A stretch of 64,000 bases of DNA, from assembly GCA_965153355.1 (NCBI GenBank), contig OZ231126.1:6572001-6636000 (forward strand). Direction: 5' to 3'. Shown here piece by piece: positions 40,853 to 55,309 of this stretch. The notes beneath the pieces were generated by a model that saw only the letters and a program-made list of their open reading frames with translations, did no database searches and had not been told where the DNA came from. How positions within the stretch are numbered: position 1 is the first letter of the stretch; each line of letters begins with the position of its first letter. This stretch comes from Flaccisagitta enflata (Eukaryota). The translations under genes were made by a program, and so were the position numbers.

Positions 40853-41129
40853 CCAAAAGTTCTACACTAAAGACTGAGTAAGACTAAAGATCGAATTTCT
40901 AAAAACTATATTCTAATCCCAAGTTTATATCATGCCTATCATGACGTACGGGGATGATGCGACCGACGGCCGGATGAATGATTTTGACGACTAATGTGAT
41001 GGGGCACGGGGGCAATTTACAGACCTGTCATGATTGATTCAAGTGTGATTTGATAAGCATTCTAAATACAGAAAAACAATAAAGACTTGATCGCGTCGGA
41101 CTAGAATATAGTAATGAGCACGTTTATCA

Positions 41130-44014
41130 TCAGAGTCCCAGGTCGAGTCCGAGGTTCCTTGCTTCAGAATCGTCAATCAATATTTCAGACGGACTTTTGT
41201 AAATCCCGGTGGCATTTTGTCGTCTTTGTCTCAAAATTCTCTCTCCGAAGGGTGAAAATGAGATAATTGCTCTCAGCCTTTTCCTTCCGAAGTCTATGAA
41301 TTCTTGCTTGATCGGTTTAATGCCTACTGTGTCACAGAGCCCTTCATAGCTGACACAGTTCGGAACACCGCAGTAGGCCTTGATGCTCCTTGCATGACAT
41401 TTAACTATATCGTCCCATAGTTTGACTTTGACTGTGCATGTTACAACAGCTGCATATTTCCATATGGAATTTACTACCGCGTCATGAAGCCTTAAAATCC
41501 ATTCAGGTCTTTGCCAAACGGATTTTGCTGCAAGCCTCTTGAGGGCGTTAATTCTCGGTGTTGCAGCACCAATCATGTCTTTGAAATGTTGACTCCATTC
41601 CATTCGATCATCTAGGTTGACGCCTAGGAAGCGATGGGTTGAGACTTGCTTCACTTCCGTGCCAAGAAGATTTAATTTCACAGGTATATTCTTTTGCGTT
41701 GGTCTTCTTGTAAATTTCATGAATACGCTTTTCTCAGGCGCCAGTTCGATTCGCCACTTGGTCGTCCACTCTTCAATCTTTTGTAATGCGTCATTCATCT
41801 TCTTTTCCGCTTCTTTCGGATCTTTTTCAGTGCACCACAGTGCAATATCATCTGCATATTGTGCCAGATAGATGTCGTGTAGATTCAGAGACTCTCTGAG
41901 GTCGTCGACAAACAAATTAAATAGCGTGGGAGATAGCACAGCCCCCAGTGGGGTGCCAGCCTCCATCCTGAGTGTCGGAGAGATTTTTTGACCCACTTTG
42001 ACCTTTAATGACCTTTCAGTTAGAAAGCCTTTGATAACGCCAAATAAAGGTTTTGGTAATTTTAGTTTCAGAAGTTTCCAGATTAAGCCGTTAATCCAAA
42101 CTTTGTCAAAAGCGCCGGCGACATCCAAAAAAGTTGCAACGGTGCATTCACCTTTGACAAAACCATGAGTGACATCCTCACTCAGTCTTATGACATGCTC
42201 TAAACAGTTTCTGCCGCGTTTATAAGCTGCTTGCAGCTCGTTTTCCTTGATTTTTCTCTTCAATTTCTCTTTTTCAATCCTTTCTTTTATCGAGCACTCA
42301 AAAAGTTTCGACATACAGCTTGATAAAGATATTGGCCTCCAGTTTTTGGCCTGCTTCAAGTCTTTATTTCCCTTTGGAATCATTGATATACGTACTGATC
42401 GCCATGAGATGGGAAAATAGCCCGCGACTAGGATGATAGTGAAAAGCTTAGCCAAATTGTTGATTACATTCTTGCCTGCATGTTTGAGAATTTTATAGTT
42501 GATGCAGTCTTCGCCGCCGGCTGATTTGTTCTTTTTTTTTCGTAGAAAGTGGTAAATCTCGTTGGATGTGATTTTTTCATCGTGAATTGTCGGTGGCAAT
42601 TTTCTGCCATGTCGCCCTATGCGCTCAGTTTCAAAGAAAGAGGTTGACGGCGCGTTCCGCAGCATATCGTCGATACGGGTGAAGTCAGTGGCGTCTTCTG
42701 GTGATTTTTCATTGACTTCCTGGTCAATTTTTGCCTTGAAAGCCTCGTCGTATTTGGGGTCGCTCGGGAATGAATGTGCTGCAGCAAGTCTGTTGACATG
42801 AATTGCTGCAAGTGCCTCATCCTCTTTCTGTAGCACTCCATTTGCGTCAAGTATACCACAGCAACTTGATTCACTCTTACTTTTTCCAAGATCAGGCTCT
42901 ATTTCTTTCAAATTTTGCCAAAATTTTCCGGCATCTTTTTCTTCCCAGATACTATCTAATTTGGAAGCGGTTTTTCGCTCAACATCTTTTTTGATGTGTT
43001 TTTTAATTTCTCTGTTAAGGAAATTCATGACTCTTCTCGTAGTTTCAGTTGGTTTGCCAACAGATTCCCATTCTTTCCTTAACTTGTTTAATTTTCTTCT
43101 GAATTTTATAAGATTTTGCGTCTCAGCAGATAAAGCAACATTATCGCGAGTCATTATTTTCTTTGATTTGGTGTTTTTTTCAACAACTGCTCGCAATGAT
43201 GAGCCAATTTCCTCAATTGTCTCGTTGACTTCGGACTTGCTTCCGCATCTCACTATTGGATTTAATAATTCAAGCTCTTCTCGGACTTTTGCCCAGTTCG
43301 TTTTTCTGATGATTTTACTCGCTGCTGAATAGTTGCATTTAATGCAAAGCCTAGTAATGACGTGGTCGGATCCACATGGTTCACCAGTTGACCATGATAC
43401 AGAATTTCCTGCACTGCTTGATTTAATCAGGCATAAGTCAATGCACGAGGTCGTAGACTTGTGGCTCGCGTAGTAAGTTGGCGTCTCAGTATTCATCAAT
43501 TGATAGGAGTTCACCTCGATAAGATTATTGACGATTTTACCTCGTTTGTCAATTTTCCGACGCTTATCAATCCCACAGTGAGCATTGAGGTCGCCGATTA
43601 TAATAAAAGTCGCATTATTTGGCGCGTCTTTCTCAAGGGCGTCAAAATGACTTTGTGTCAGCGTATCACCATCATGGAGATATATTGTACATATTCGATA
43701 GACGTTGTTATTATATTTTAATTCAATGATGAGCATATCATTGATTTGTGTTGGAACTTCGTTGACATTCATTGAGTTTTTATGAAGAATGGCTACTCCA
43801 CCGGGTACAGATTTCCCGCTTATATGGTCATTGCGCAGCGTTTTATAACCTTTGACCTTTAGCGTCTTTTTTTTCGATAATCGCGTATCATTAAGGCAGA
43901 AAATGACACCCTCGTGATTTTTGACATTGTCTAAATGATGAGTTATTTCATTTTTTTGTTGTTGCAGGAGTTTATATTCACCTGCTCAACCAGAAGACCA
44001 ATTTTACTATCCAT
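41130..44014 (-). CDS. LINE ORF2: apurinic/apyrimidinic endonuclease plus reverse transcriptase (1-nt frameshift near 43951-43957)
   Basis: APE motifs CLNDTRL, GGVAIL, IIIGDLNAH, SCIDL and GSDH. RT motifs WRPISLSS, FLDVAGAFDKV, GTPLGAVLSPTLF, YADD and FLGVNLD. The ATG at 44014 overlaps the ORF1 stop. Adding one A to an A7 run joins it to the 880-aa ORF 41130..43772. Confidence 0.93.
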
Positions 44015-46559
44015 GATGAATGTTGAGAGGGTTGACAGGCGTCATTAGCGTGAGATCTCTTGTATCCTCTTGACTTGTCAGAGTTGAGACTATTGTGAGA
44101 TCTACAGCCGCTGCACCTTGAACAAGAAAGCCATTTTCAAAATTACTGGTTGATGTAGCTTGAGTTAAGTTTAGGTGCGGATAGCTTGGTGCAACCGTTG
44201 TTGCTACTGAGGTTGCTGCACCGCCGACTGTTGCTGACACGCAGACCGGAAGTGAAGCACTTGCATCGGCGCTTGAAAGCTCTGGCAGAGGAGTAATTCC
44301 TTGAAGACATTGTTGGGAGGTTTTACGGCTTCCTGGGGTGCTGCGAACTGGCGTTCCGAATTCGTTGTTACTTGGCTCTGGGCTGTGAGGAGGGTTGGGT
44401 AGTTGCCGACCAGCTGAAATTACTTTTTGCTTGGTATTTCTTCTTCTTTTGTTTTCCTTCTGCTGTCCCGGTGGAGTTTCCGGTGGGTGTGCGGAGTGCG
44501 ATGCAGCAATCCCGTTGACGAGCAGTTGCGGTGCTGAGGCAGGTTGTTGAGGTGCCAATGATGGAGTTAAGATAGTGACGTTATTGTCCGGTTCTTCTCC
44601 ACTGACTTCGCGGTTCCTTTTCTTTCCCAAGGAGGTTGTTGACGTTGAATTAGTCACCCCCATTGGCGCCCCAATTGTGGGTTGTAGGGGGTGTCTATTT
44701 GAAGAGTCAGTTTGCATAGCGTCGACTTCTGCTGCTGGAGTCATTGCTGCGGTCGCTTGTGCTGGAGTGAGATTGAGATTTTTCTCCAATCTATCCATGC
44801 TGAAAATATTATTGTATTTGACAGCAGCTACCCTCATTGTGACGTCAGACACTGTCTGTCTCGGAATGATGACCGCAGGGTTTGCTTCTTTCAATGCATT
44901 AATGATTATGTCTAAAGTTGCTGTTAACACATCAGCTGCCGCACTTTTGTCGTTGTAGCCACTGGCGTAGTTTGAAGATGAAGCAATTGGCGAGTTGGTG
45001 ATGACTACATGAGGCCGAGACTGCAAGCTGCTACAAGGTGCCGCAGCTGCAGCAGCCTGGTTGACTCGGTGACTTTCTTTTGCCGCATCAGCATATGTTG
45101 CAATTTTTCGTCTCTCTTTCCTTTGAATTTTCAGCTTTTCTCTGCAGCCGTTGAAATTTGCAGCATGATTACCATTGCAGTTAAAACAGGTTATATCCGT
45201 TGTGTCAACCGTGCATTCATTTTTTGAATGATTTTCATCTCCGCATTTTAGACATCTTGCCTTACCGAGACAATCAGCAGCAATGTGTCCATGCTTTCCA
45301 CAGGAATTGCATTGGATGATTTTGACTTTGGCGTGCTTTTCTACAGCATGACGTCTATAATCAAAGAGCATGCCTTCCTTGCATAGTTGCTCAAGGTCAC
45401 TTTGACTATGAAGAATGAGCCTAACCGAGGTTGTAGGAGACTTATCTGGTCCAGAAGTGACTCTCTCCACATTGCTGTGACTTATGTTTTTTGCCGTTAG
45501 AATGGAGGAAATGATGTTAATATCAGTGCCGTGGTCAACGCTTTTGACATACACTACTTTGGCTAGATTGTCGACCATTCCGAGTCGGGGAAAGAATCAG
45601 TGCTGTGTCTGGTCCCACTTGTCACCATTGAGTAAGAGATTGAAGTCGTGATCTCCTTTAGCAATGACTAGTATGTCGTTCTTACGAGTGAGTTTTATTT
45701 CACTGACTTGTGCTTGAGCTGGCTTGAATTTAAGGACCTTTTCCACGAGGATTTTCCTGTTGTCTGTGTCGACTTTTTCTAAATTGTGACCGACTACTAG
45801 ACCATATCTGTGATGGTGTTGTGGTCTGTCAGTTTGTTTTGGGAAATTGGACTGTGACTTGGTCGGATTTTGATTCCGATGATGTTGATGTTGCTGTGGC
45901 AGTTGCTGCTGACTTGCATGCTGCTGAGATTGCTGTGTTACAGGCCCGACGTTGGGAGATTGATTTTGAGGTTTGTTCATATTACCCAATCTGGGATTTA
46001 CAGTTGACCAGTCACCGTTGTCTCCTTGCGTTGCTGACATGTCCGACCTGTTGCTGTTGGATGCCGCAGATGGTGTTGGCGGCAGCTTTTGCGAAGGGGG
46101 GGCTGTTGGTTTAGACGCTGTTGGTTTGGTTGATGAACTTTTATCATTGGTTGAGGCTTTATTCGGATCCAAGGCGTTGGAAGAAGAATAAAGAAGATTT
46201 TTTATCATTTCTTTATTTTCAATACTTGTACTGGCGAGAAGAGAAAGGATCTCAGCGTCCTCATTGAAGCAGGTCATTCCGTTTTTAGCTGCAATGTTCT
46301 GCTGCTCGTGTTGTGGGGATTGTTGCTGCTGCAATAGTTGTTGTTGCTGCTGCTGCTTTTGCTGTTGCTGTTGCAGCTCTTGCTGTTGACGACGGAGTGA
46401 AGCTCTTTGAACGTCGTGTTGTTGCTGTAGCTGCTGCTGCTGTAACTCCTGTCGCGCGATGAGTTCCCGATGTTGCTGCTGCTGCTGCTGCTGCAGCAGC
46501 TGATCGTTGGCATCGGACATCTTGTTGGCGTTTGTTACGTTGGCAAACGTCGTTGACAT
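44007..46559 (-). CDS. LINE ORF1, gag-like nucleic-acid-binding protein (about 850 codons), interrupted by one in-frame TGA at 45597-45599
   Basis: Track ORFs 45597..46601 and 44007..45578 are in the same frame, separated only by TGA plus 6 codons. Knuckles are CNSCGKHGHIAADC, CLKCGDENHSKNEC and CFNCNGNHAANFNGC (CX2CX4HX4C twice, then CX2CX3HX6C). Q-rich N-terminus; first ATG at 46559. Confidence 0.85.
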
Positions 46560-47168
46560 GTGGATAGGAAGAGGGAAAAAACCGAGTGATGAAAACAGCA
46601 AGGTTTGTTGTGACTGTCTGTTGGTTGGTCAGGAGGATAGAAAGTGTTGTTTTTGGTTAAATGACACTGTCTGTTCGGCTCACCCAACGGGATGGATGCA
46701 GTGGGTCAGCACCGAACCCTCCTTTGTGCCCAGTAATCGCAGGCAGGACCAGCTCGGTTTTGCCCTTGACAGCCCCTCTTGGAGGCCAAGTCTTGGGACC
46801 CTTTTGACGCGTGAGCGCGATGGCGTGACTGTTGCGTTGAATGGCGAGGACACAGACGTAATGTGTAGTTGAAGGACCAAGTTTATGATCGATTTAGAAT
46901 TTAAATTATCCAAATCAGATTTTTAAATTCGGTCTCTTTTTGTTGGTTTTTAACTCGATAGCCACCCCTCTCGGGGCGGCCGCTTACTTTACTTTTACAA
47001 TCAGAGTCGAGTTTGTGTTGATCCTTTTTTGATTGACGCTTGGAAGATAAGATGCAGGATTATTTCCTTTGGCTGAATTTTCGCGGAAAAATAAATCGTT
47101 TATTCAGAGAAAATACCCTCTCCAGTCGAGAGGAAGAGACCGAAAATGAGGAAGAGACCGAAAAAAAA

Positions 47169-47293
47169 AGGGATAGGTCTGATAGAACTAGGGATAGGTC
47201 TGATAGAGCTCGGGATAGGTCTGATGGAGCTAGGGAAAGGTCTAAGAATCAATAACGCCCGGCGCACCTTCTTGGTCCGTGTATCCGGCCTTG
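47169..47293 (+). mobile_element. HINE family D, right half
   Basis: Remaining 21-bp units, then GGCGCACC subTIR and GTGTATCCGGCCTTG end. Confidence 0.85.
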
Positions 47294-47434
47294 CTAAGAC
47301 ATCTATCTTTCTTAGATGAAGAGATGTGGGTTAAAGAAGACAACAGCTGAGATCATCTGGTCGTCATGATACTCGTCGCTGGCATCATCATCATTATCAT
47401 TATCATCATTATCATTATCATTATCATTATCATT

Positions 47435-47486
<52 letters not shown>

Positions 47487-47760
47487 ACATCAACATCAAC
47501 ATCATCATCATATCAATACATCATATCATCATCGTCATCATTGCCACATTAATCAACATTGTTACATCATTCATCATCGTCATAGTCATTGTCATCATCA
47601 TCACATCATCATCATCATCATCATCTCATCGTCATCATCGTCATCATCATCATCATCACATCACATCACACACACACATCATATCATCGTCGTCGCCGTC
47701 GCCGTCGTCATCATCATCATTGTCAATATTATCTCATTATCATCACATATCATCATCATC

Positions 47761-47793
<33 letters not shown>

Positions 47794-47867
47794 TCATCAT
47801 CATCATCATCATCATCATTGTCATCATCATCATCATCACCATCCACATCATCATCATCATCATCATT

Positions 47868-49714
<1,847 letters not shown>

Positions 49715-49715
49715 T

Positions 49716-49759
<44 letters not shown>

Positions 49760-49804
49760 TGTCATCATCATCATCACCATCCACATCATCACCATCCACA
49801 TCCA

Positions 49805-49891
<87 letters not shown>

Positions 49892-50778
49892 TATTTTTTT
49901 TGTGATTTTCTTTCCCATTCTTTTTTGTTGCTAAGTATAAACTATTTTATTATCAAAGTCGCCATGACCGTCGTCATTGTTGTCGCCGTCGTCTTCATCA
50001 ACGTTGACATCGCCGTCGTCGTTGTCGTCGTCGTTGTCGTCGTCGTCGTCATCGCCATTTTGGTTAAACTCGTAGTCGCCATTTTCGTCGGAAGTTTTGA
50101 ACCAAAGACGATTTCCTCCATATGTCTTCAACGTCGTTTTCGTTGGTGATCGCGGAGGTCATATTCGTGATGGTGGTCATGGTGGTTGACTGGTTGTGGT
50201 AATCGTTCTGGTTGTGGTCGTAATGGTGGTAGACGTGGTGATCGTAATGGTCGTGGTAGTCATGGTGGTCGTGGTCGTGATGGTTTTCATGGTGGTCATA
50301 GTGGTTGTGGTGGTCTTGAGGTTTGCAGTGGTCGGGATGGTCATGGTGATCAAAAAGTGGAGTTGCTTGAGAGGCGCTCAGGAAATGTAGGTCATGGTCT
50401 GTGCAACACATACTGTGGATTACTGCTACAGCGCACCTGCTAATAAAGACTCTTAAAGCATACCTACCTATGAGGCATGAAAACAAATTTACCAATGATT
50501 TTACAGTTTTTCTCTATATTGGTATTAAGGCAGCTTCACTAGAGGGTATAATCTTTACTAATTCATTGACATTCGCATTAGTGAATCTCAACTGTACTAC
50601 GATCCTTCTTGCATATTCGTCCATTCTCTAAGCCACAGAGTTTGTCACACAGAATCCATTTAGCACTTGTTTTTTGCGATTGGTGCTCCAAGATCGTCTT
50701 CCAAGTCCACCTTTGATCTTTAAACTATCTTCTTCCAGCCAAGAATCATTACAGACCACACACGAGCTTCCAAACTTA

Positions 50779-51017
50779 AGGCGCGTTTCTAGTCACAGAC
50801 AATCGCGTTTTTAACGGGCCACGCTCCGTCGCTCGTTACGTTTGTTCGCTCGCACTGCTCACTCCGCTCACTCGCTCCACAGCACTCTGCTTGAATCTGC
50901 TTGCTTCACTCGCTTGCTCCATCCATGGGCTCGCTCACTCACTACAAATATGTGTTCATGCTGTACTCGCGTCTGGTGGGAACAAATGCGTTTTTCATCG
51001 TTACTAGAAATACGCCC
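50779..51017. mobile_element. MITE, PIF/Harbinger-like (duplicate at about 52200-52438)
   Basis: GGCGCGTTTCTAGT / ACTAGAAAYACGCCC inverted termini. Confidence 0.65.
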
Positions 51018-51158
51018 TATATAAATGAAATCTGTTGCATGAAATGTTGAGAGGGTGAGCTTGACATTGAATGGACGAAGATTGAGGAAGAGGAAATGTG
51101 CTTCATCACCATAATTTTTCTGGCCACTGTAAAAAAAAAAACAAAAAAAAACACCATC

Positions 51159-51619
51159 AGGCCAACAGTCGCGTGCTCTGTCTTACAATCACATATGCAA
51201 CTACATACTCGGTAATCCTTTCCTTCCTCCCTCTCTTCTTTTCTCCTTCCTTCTTCCCTTCCCTCCTTCCTTCCTGCTTTGTTTCCTTTCTTCTTTTCTT
51301 TCTTCCCTCCATTCTTCCTTCCTTTCTACCTTTCTTTCTTCCTTCCTTCCTCTCTTGCTCTCATTCCTTCCTTTCTTTTTTCCTTCCCTACTGCCTTCCT
51401 CCCTGCCCTCCTTCCTCCTTCCTTTCTTGCTTCCTTCCTTCCTTTCTTCCTTCCTTCCTTTCTTCCTTCCTTCCTTTCTTTCTTCCTTCCTTCGTTTCTT
51501 CCTGCCTTCCTTTCTGCCTTCTTAATTTCCCATCTTCCCTCCTTCCTTCTTACAACTCAAAATACCCCCCAAAAAAGCAAAAAGCCAAGCAACGTGTAGA
51601 GTCGCGTGCACGCGACTAA
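51159..51619 (-). mobile_element. HINE family A variant with (TTCC)n-like interior (duplicated at about 52580-53040)
   Basis: GTAGAGTCGCGTGCACGCGACTAA at the right end and AGGCCAACAGTCGCGTGC at the left end. Confidence 0.6.
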
Positions 51620-53697
51620 GAAATAAATGAGTCGATATGATGATTTATCGTTTTGAACAGCGCGGCGGTCTCAATAGGGGCCAATTACCAAACGGGTCGT
51701 TCCTAAAACCTTCATGTGTTCCGTCTTCTTCTTCTTCTTCTTCTTCTTCTTCTTCTTCTTCTTCTTCTTCTTCTTCTTCTTCTTCTTCTTCTTCTTCTTC
51801 TTCTTCTTCTTCTTCTTCTTCTTCTTCTTCTTCTTCTTCTTCTTCTTCTTCTTCTTCTTCTTTCTTCTTCTTCTTCTTCTTCCGCTTCTTCTTTATCTTC
51901 TTCTTCCTCTTCTTCTTCCTCTTCTTCTTTTTCTTCCTTGTTTACTTCTACCAACCACCCGCTTTGTCCGTTTACGTTGCAATGCTCTCATTAACAATGT
52001 TCATCACGTTAACAAGGTGTCTGCCAAGATGGTCCAGTGTCAGCAAAAGGTATGCCACAGAGGATAGCCCAGTCTCAACAAAAGGTGTGCTACAGGGCGA
52101 TTGGTGCTGCAAGATCGTCTTCCAAGTCCACCTTTGATCTTTAAACTATCTTCTTCCAGCCAAGAATCATTACAGACCACACACGAGCTTCCAAACTTAA
52201 GGCGCGTTTCTAGTCACAGACAATCGCGTTTTTAACGGGCCACGCTCCGTCGCTCGTTACGTTTGTTCGCTCGCACTGCTCACTCCGCTCACTCGCTCCA
52301 CAGCACTCTGCTTGAATCTGCTTGCTTCACTCGCTTGCTCCATCCATGGGCTCGCTCACTCACTACAAATATGTGTTCATGCTGTACTCGCGTCTGGTGG
52401 GAACAAACGCGTTTTTCATCGTTACTAGAAACACGCCCTATATCAATGAAATCTGTTGCATGAAATGTTGAGAGGGTGAGCTTGACATTGAATGGACGAA
52501 GATTGAGGAAGAGGAAATGTGCTTCATCACCATAATTTTTCTGGCCACTGTAAAAAAACAAACAAAAAAAACCATCATCAGGCCAACAGTCGCGTGCTCT
52601 GTCTTACAATTACATATGCAACTACATACTCGGTACTCCTTTCCTTCCTCCCTCTCTTCTTTTCTCCTTCCTTCTTCCCTTCCCTCCTTCCTTCCTGCTT
52701 TGTTTCCTTTCTTCTTTTCTTTCTTCCCTCCATTCTTCCTTCCTTTCTACCTTTCTTTCTTCCTTCCTTCCTCTCTTGCTCTCATTCCTTCCTTTCTTTT
52801 TTCCTTCCCTACTGCCTTCCTCCCTGCCCTCCTTCCTCCTTCCTTTCTTGCTTCCTTCCTTCCTTTCTTCCTTCCTTCCTTTCTTCCTTCCTTCCTTTCT
52901 TTCTTCCTTCCTTCGTTTCTTCCTGCCTTCCTTTCTGCCTTCTTAATTTCCCATCTTCCCTCCTTCCTTCTTACAACTCAAAATACCCCCCAAAAAAGCA
53001 AAAAGCCAAGCAACGTGTAGAGTCGCGTGCACGCGACTAAGAAATAAATGAGTCGATATGATGATTTATCGTTTTGAACAGCGCGGCGGTCTCAATAGGG
53101 GCCAATTACCAAACGGGTCGTTCCTAAAACCTTCATGTGTTCCGTCTTCTTCTTCTTCTTCTTCTTCTTCTTCTTCTTCTTCTTCTTCTTCTTCTTCTTC
53201 TTCTTCTCTTCTTCTTCTTCTTCTTCTTCTTCTTCTTCTTCTTCTTCTTCTTCTTCTTCTTCTTCTTCTTCTTCTTCTTCTTCTTCTTCTTCTTCTTCTT
53301 CTTCTTCTTCTTCTTCTTCTTCTTCCGCTTCTTCTTTATCTTCTTCTTCCTCTTCTTCTTCCTCTTCTTCTTTTTCTTCCTTGTTTACTTCTACCAACCA
53401 CCCGCTTTGTCCGTTTACGTTGCAATGCTCTCATTAACAATGTTCATCACGTTAACAAGGTGTCTGCTAAGATGGTCCAGTGTCAGCAAAAGGTATGCCA
53501 CAGAGGATAGCCCAGTCTCAACAAAAGGTGTGCTACAGGGGTTGGAAACTGGTAAGGAACAGGGTGGTGGTTGGAGCAAGGAGGATGGCATGGGAGCTAG
53601 GACATGATATTGAGTGTAGCAAAATTGGTGCCCTTAAGGAGAAGTGACGTGGAGAATGGTACATAAGATGACTCCGGTTCACGGAGCGCACGACAGC

Positions 53698-54100
53698 TTT
53701 TTAGTCGCGTGCACGCGACTCTACACCCTGCTTTGTCGGTTCGTCCGTTGGGCCGTCGGGCCGTTGGTCCGTCCGTCGGTCCGTCCGTTGGTCTATCCGT
53801 CCGTCACACTTTGCTTTTTTTTAATCTAACATCAACTCTTAGGTCATTTTAAGTCATTTTAAGTCATTCATAGTTATTCTAAGTCATTTTGAGTCATTCT
53901 AAGTCATTTTAAGTCATTTTAAGTCATTTTAAGTTATTTTAGGTCATTTTCGGTCATTAGGTTTTTTAGTCATTTTAAGTCGTTTTTGGCCATTTCAAGT
54001 CATTCTAAGTCATTCTAAGTCATTCTAAGTCATTCTAAGTCATTCTAAGTCATTCTTAGTCTGTAAGTCTCGCACGCGACTTATAGGTGTTGGCCTTGTT
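53698..54100 (+). mobile_element. HINE family A
   Basis: Closely similar to 4521-4861, with more array units. Confidence 0.85.
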
Positions 54101-54409
54101 TTTCAAAGAACAACCTTCTTTAAGGACTCATCTTTTTTCCGCGTCATTGACGAAAGTAATTGCCACTAGTCATCGTCGTTGTCCTCATCGTCGTTGTTGT
54201 TATCATCGTTGTCGTCATTGTTGTTGTCGTCATCGTCGTTGTCGTCATTGACGAAGGTAATTGCCACTAGACATCGTCATTGTTGTCATTGTAGTTGTCG
54301 TCATCGTCGTTGTCGTCATCTTCATTGTCGTTATCATTGTTGTCGTTATTGACGAAGGTAATTGCCACTAGTCATCCTCGTTGTCGCCGCTGTAATAGCC
54401 ACCGCGCTC

Positions 54410-55100
54410 TCAACTGACGCCGCCACAGTTACCATGGTCGCCGCCAAAGTCACCACGGTCGCCGCCACAGTTACCATGGTCGCCGCCAAAGTCACCATGG
54501 TCGCCGAAACAGTTACCATGGTCGCCGCCAAAGTCACCGCAGTCGCCGCCACAGTTACCATGGTCGCCGCCACAGTCACCGCAGTCGCCGCCACAGTTAC
54601 CATGGTCGCCGCCAAAGTCACCACGGTCACCGCCACAGTTACTTTGGTCGCCGCCACAGTCACCACGGTCGCCGCCACAGTTACCATGGTCGCCGCCAAA
54701 GTCACCACGGTCGCCGCCACAGTTACCATGGTCGCCGCCAAAGTCACCACGGTCGCCGAAACAGTTACCATGGTCGCCGCCAAAGTCACCGCAGTCGCCG
54801 CCACAGTTACCATGGCCGCCGCCACAGTCACCGCAGTCGCCGCCACAGTTACCATGGTCGCCGCCAAAGTCACCACGGTCACCGCCACAGTTACTTTGGT
54901 CGCCGCCACAGTCACCACGGTTGCCGCCACAGTTACCATGGTCGCCGCCAAAGTCACCGCAGTCGCCGCCACAGTCACCGCAGTCGCCGCCACAGTTACT
55001 ATGGTCGCCGCCACAGTTACCATGGTCGCCGCCACAGTCACCGCAGTCGCCGCCACAGTTACCATGGTCGCCGCCAAAGTCACCACGGTCACCGCCAAAC
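54410..55100. repeat. 21-bp GC-rich minisatellite (GTCGCCGCCACAGTTACCATG and variants)
   Basis: About 32 units with higher-order alternation. Confidence 0.92.
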
Positions 55101-55309
55101 CGCTGCTACCGCTGCCACCGCTGCCACCGCCTTTGTCGCGGCCACCATCACCCCATCTAATACCACCACCACCACCACCACCACCACCACCACCACCACC
55201 ACCACCACCATCACCGCCGCTACCGCCGCCGCCTCCTCCTCTTCCTCCGCCGCCACCACCGCCGCAGCCGCCGCCACCATCGCCCTTACTGACGCCGCCA
55301 GTCAGCAGT

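Larger units (their letters stand above)
39778..47168 (-). mobile_element. Near full-length non-LTR retrotransposon (LINE, Jockey/I group), about 7.4 kb
   Basis: Contains ORF1 (zinc knuckles) and ORF2 (APE+RT, no RNase H seen) on the minus strand. It interrupts the 21-bp array of a HINE whose two halves (39273-39777, 47169-47293) match the intact copy at 58461-59076. AGGGATAGG occurs at both junctions (39769-39777, 47169-47177). An Inr-like TCATTTT lies at the 5' end (47149). Confidence 0.92.
50676..53540. repeat. Direct tandem duplication, 1421-bp offset
   Basis: GCGATTGGTGCT begins at both 50676 and 52097; the ORF track repeats with the same offset (50842/52263, 51098/52519, 51637/53058). 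Confidence 0.95.
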
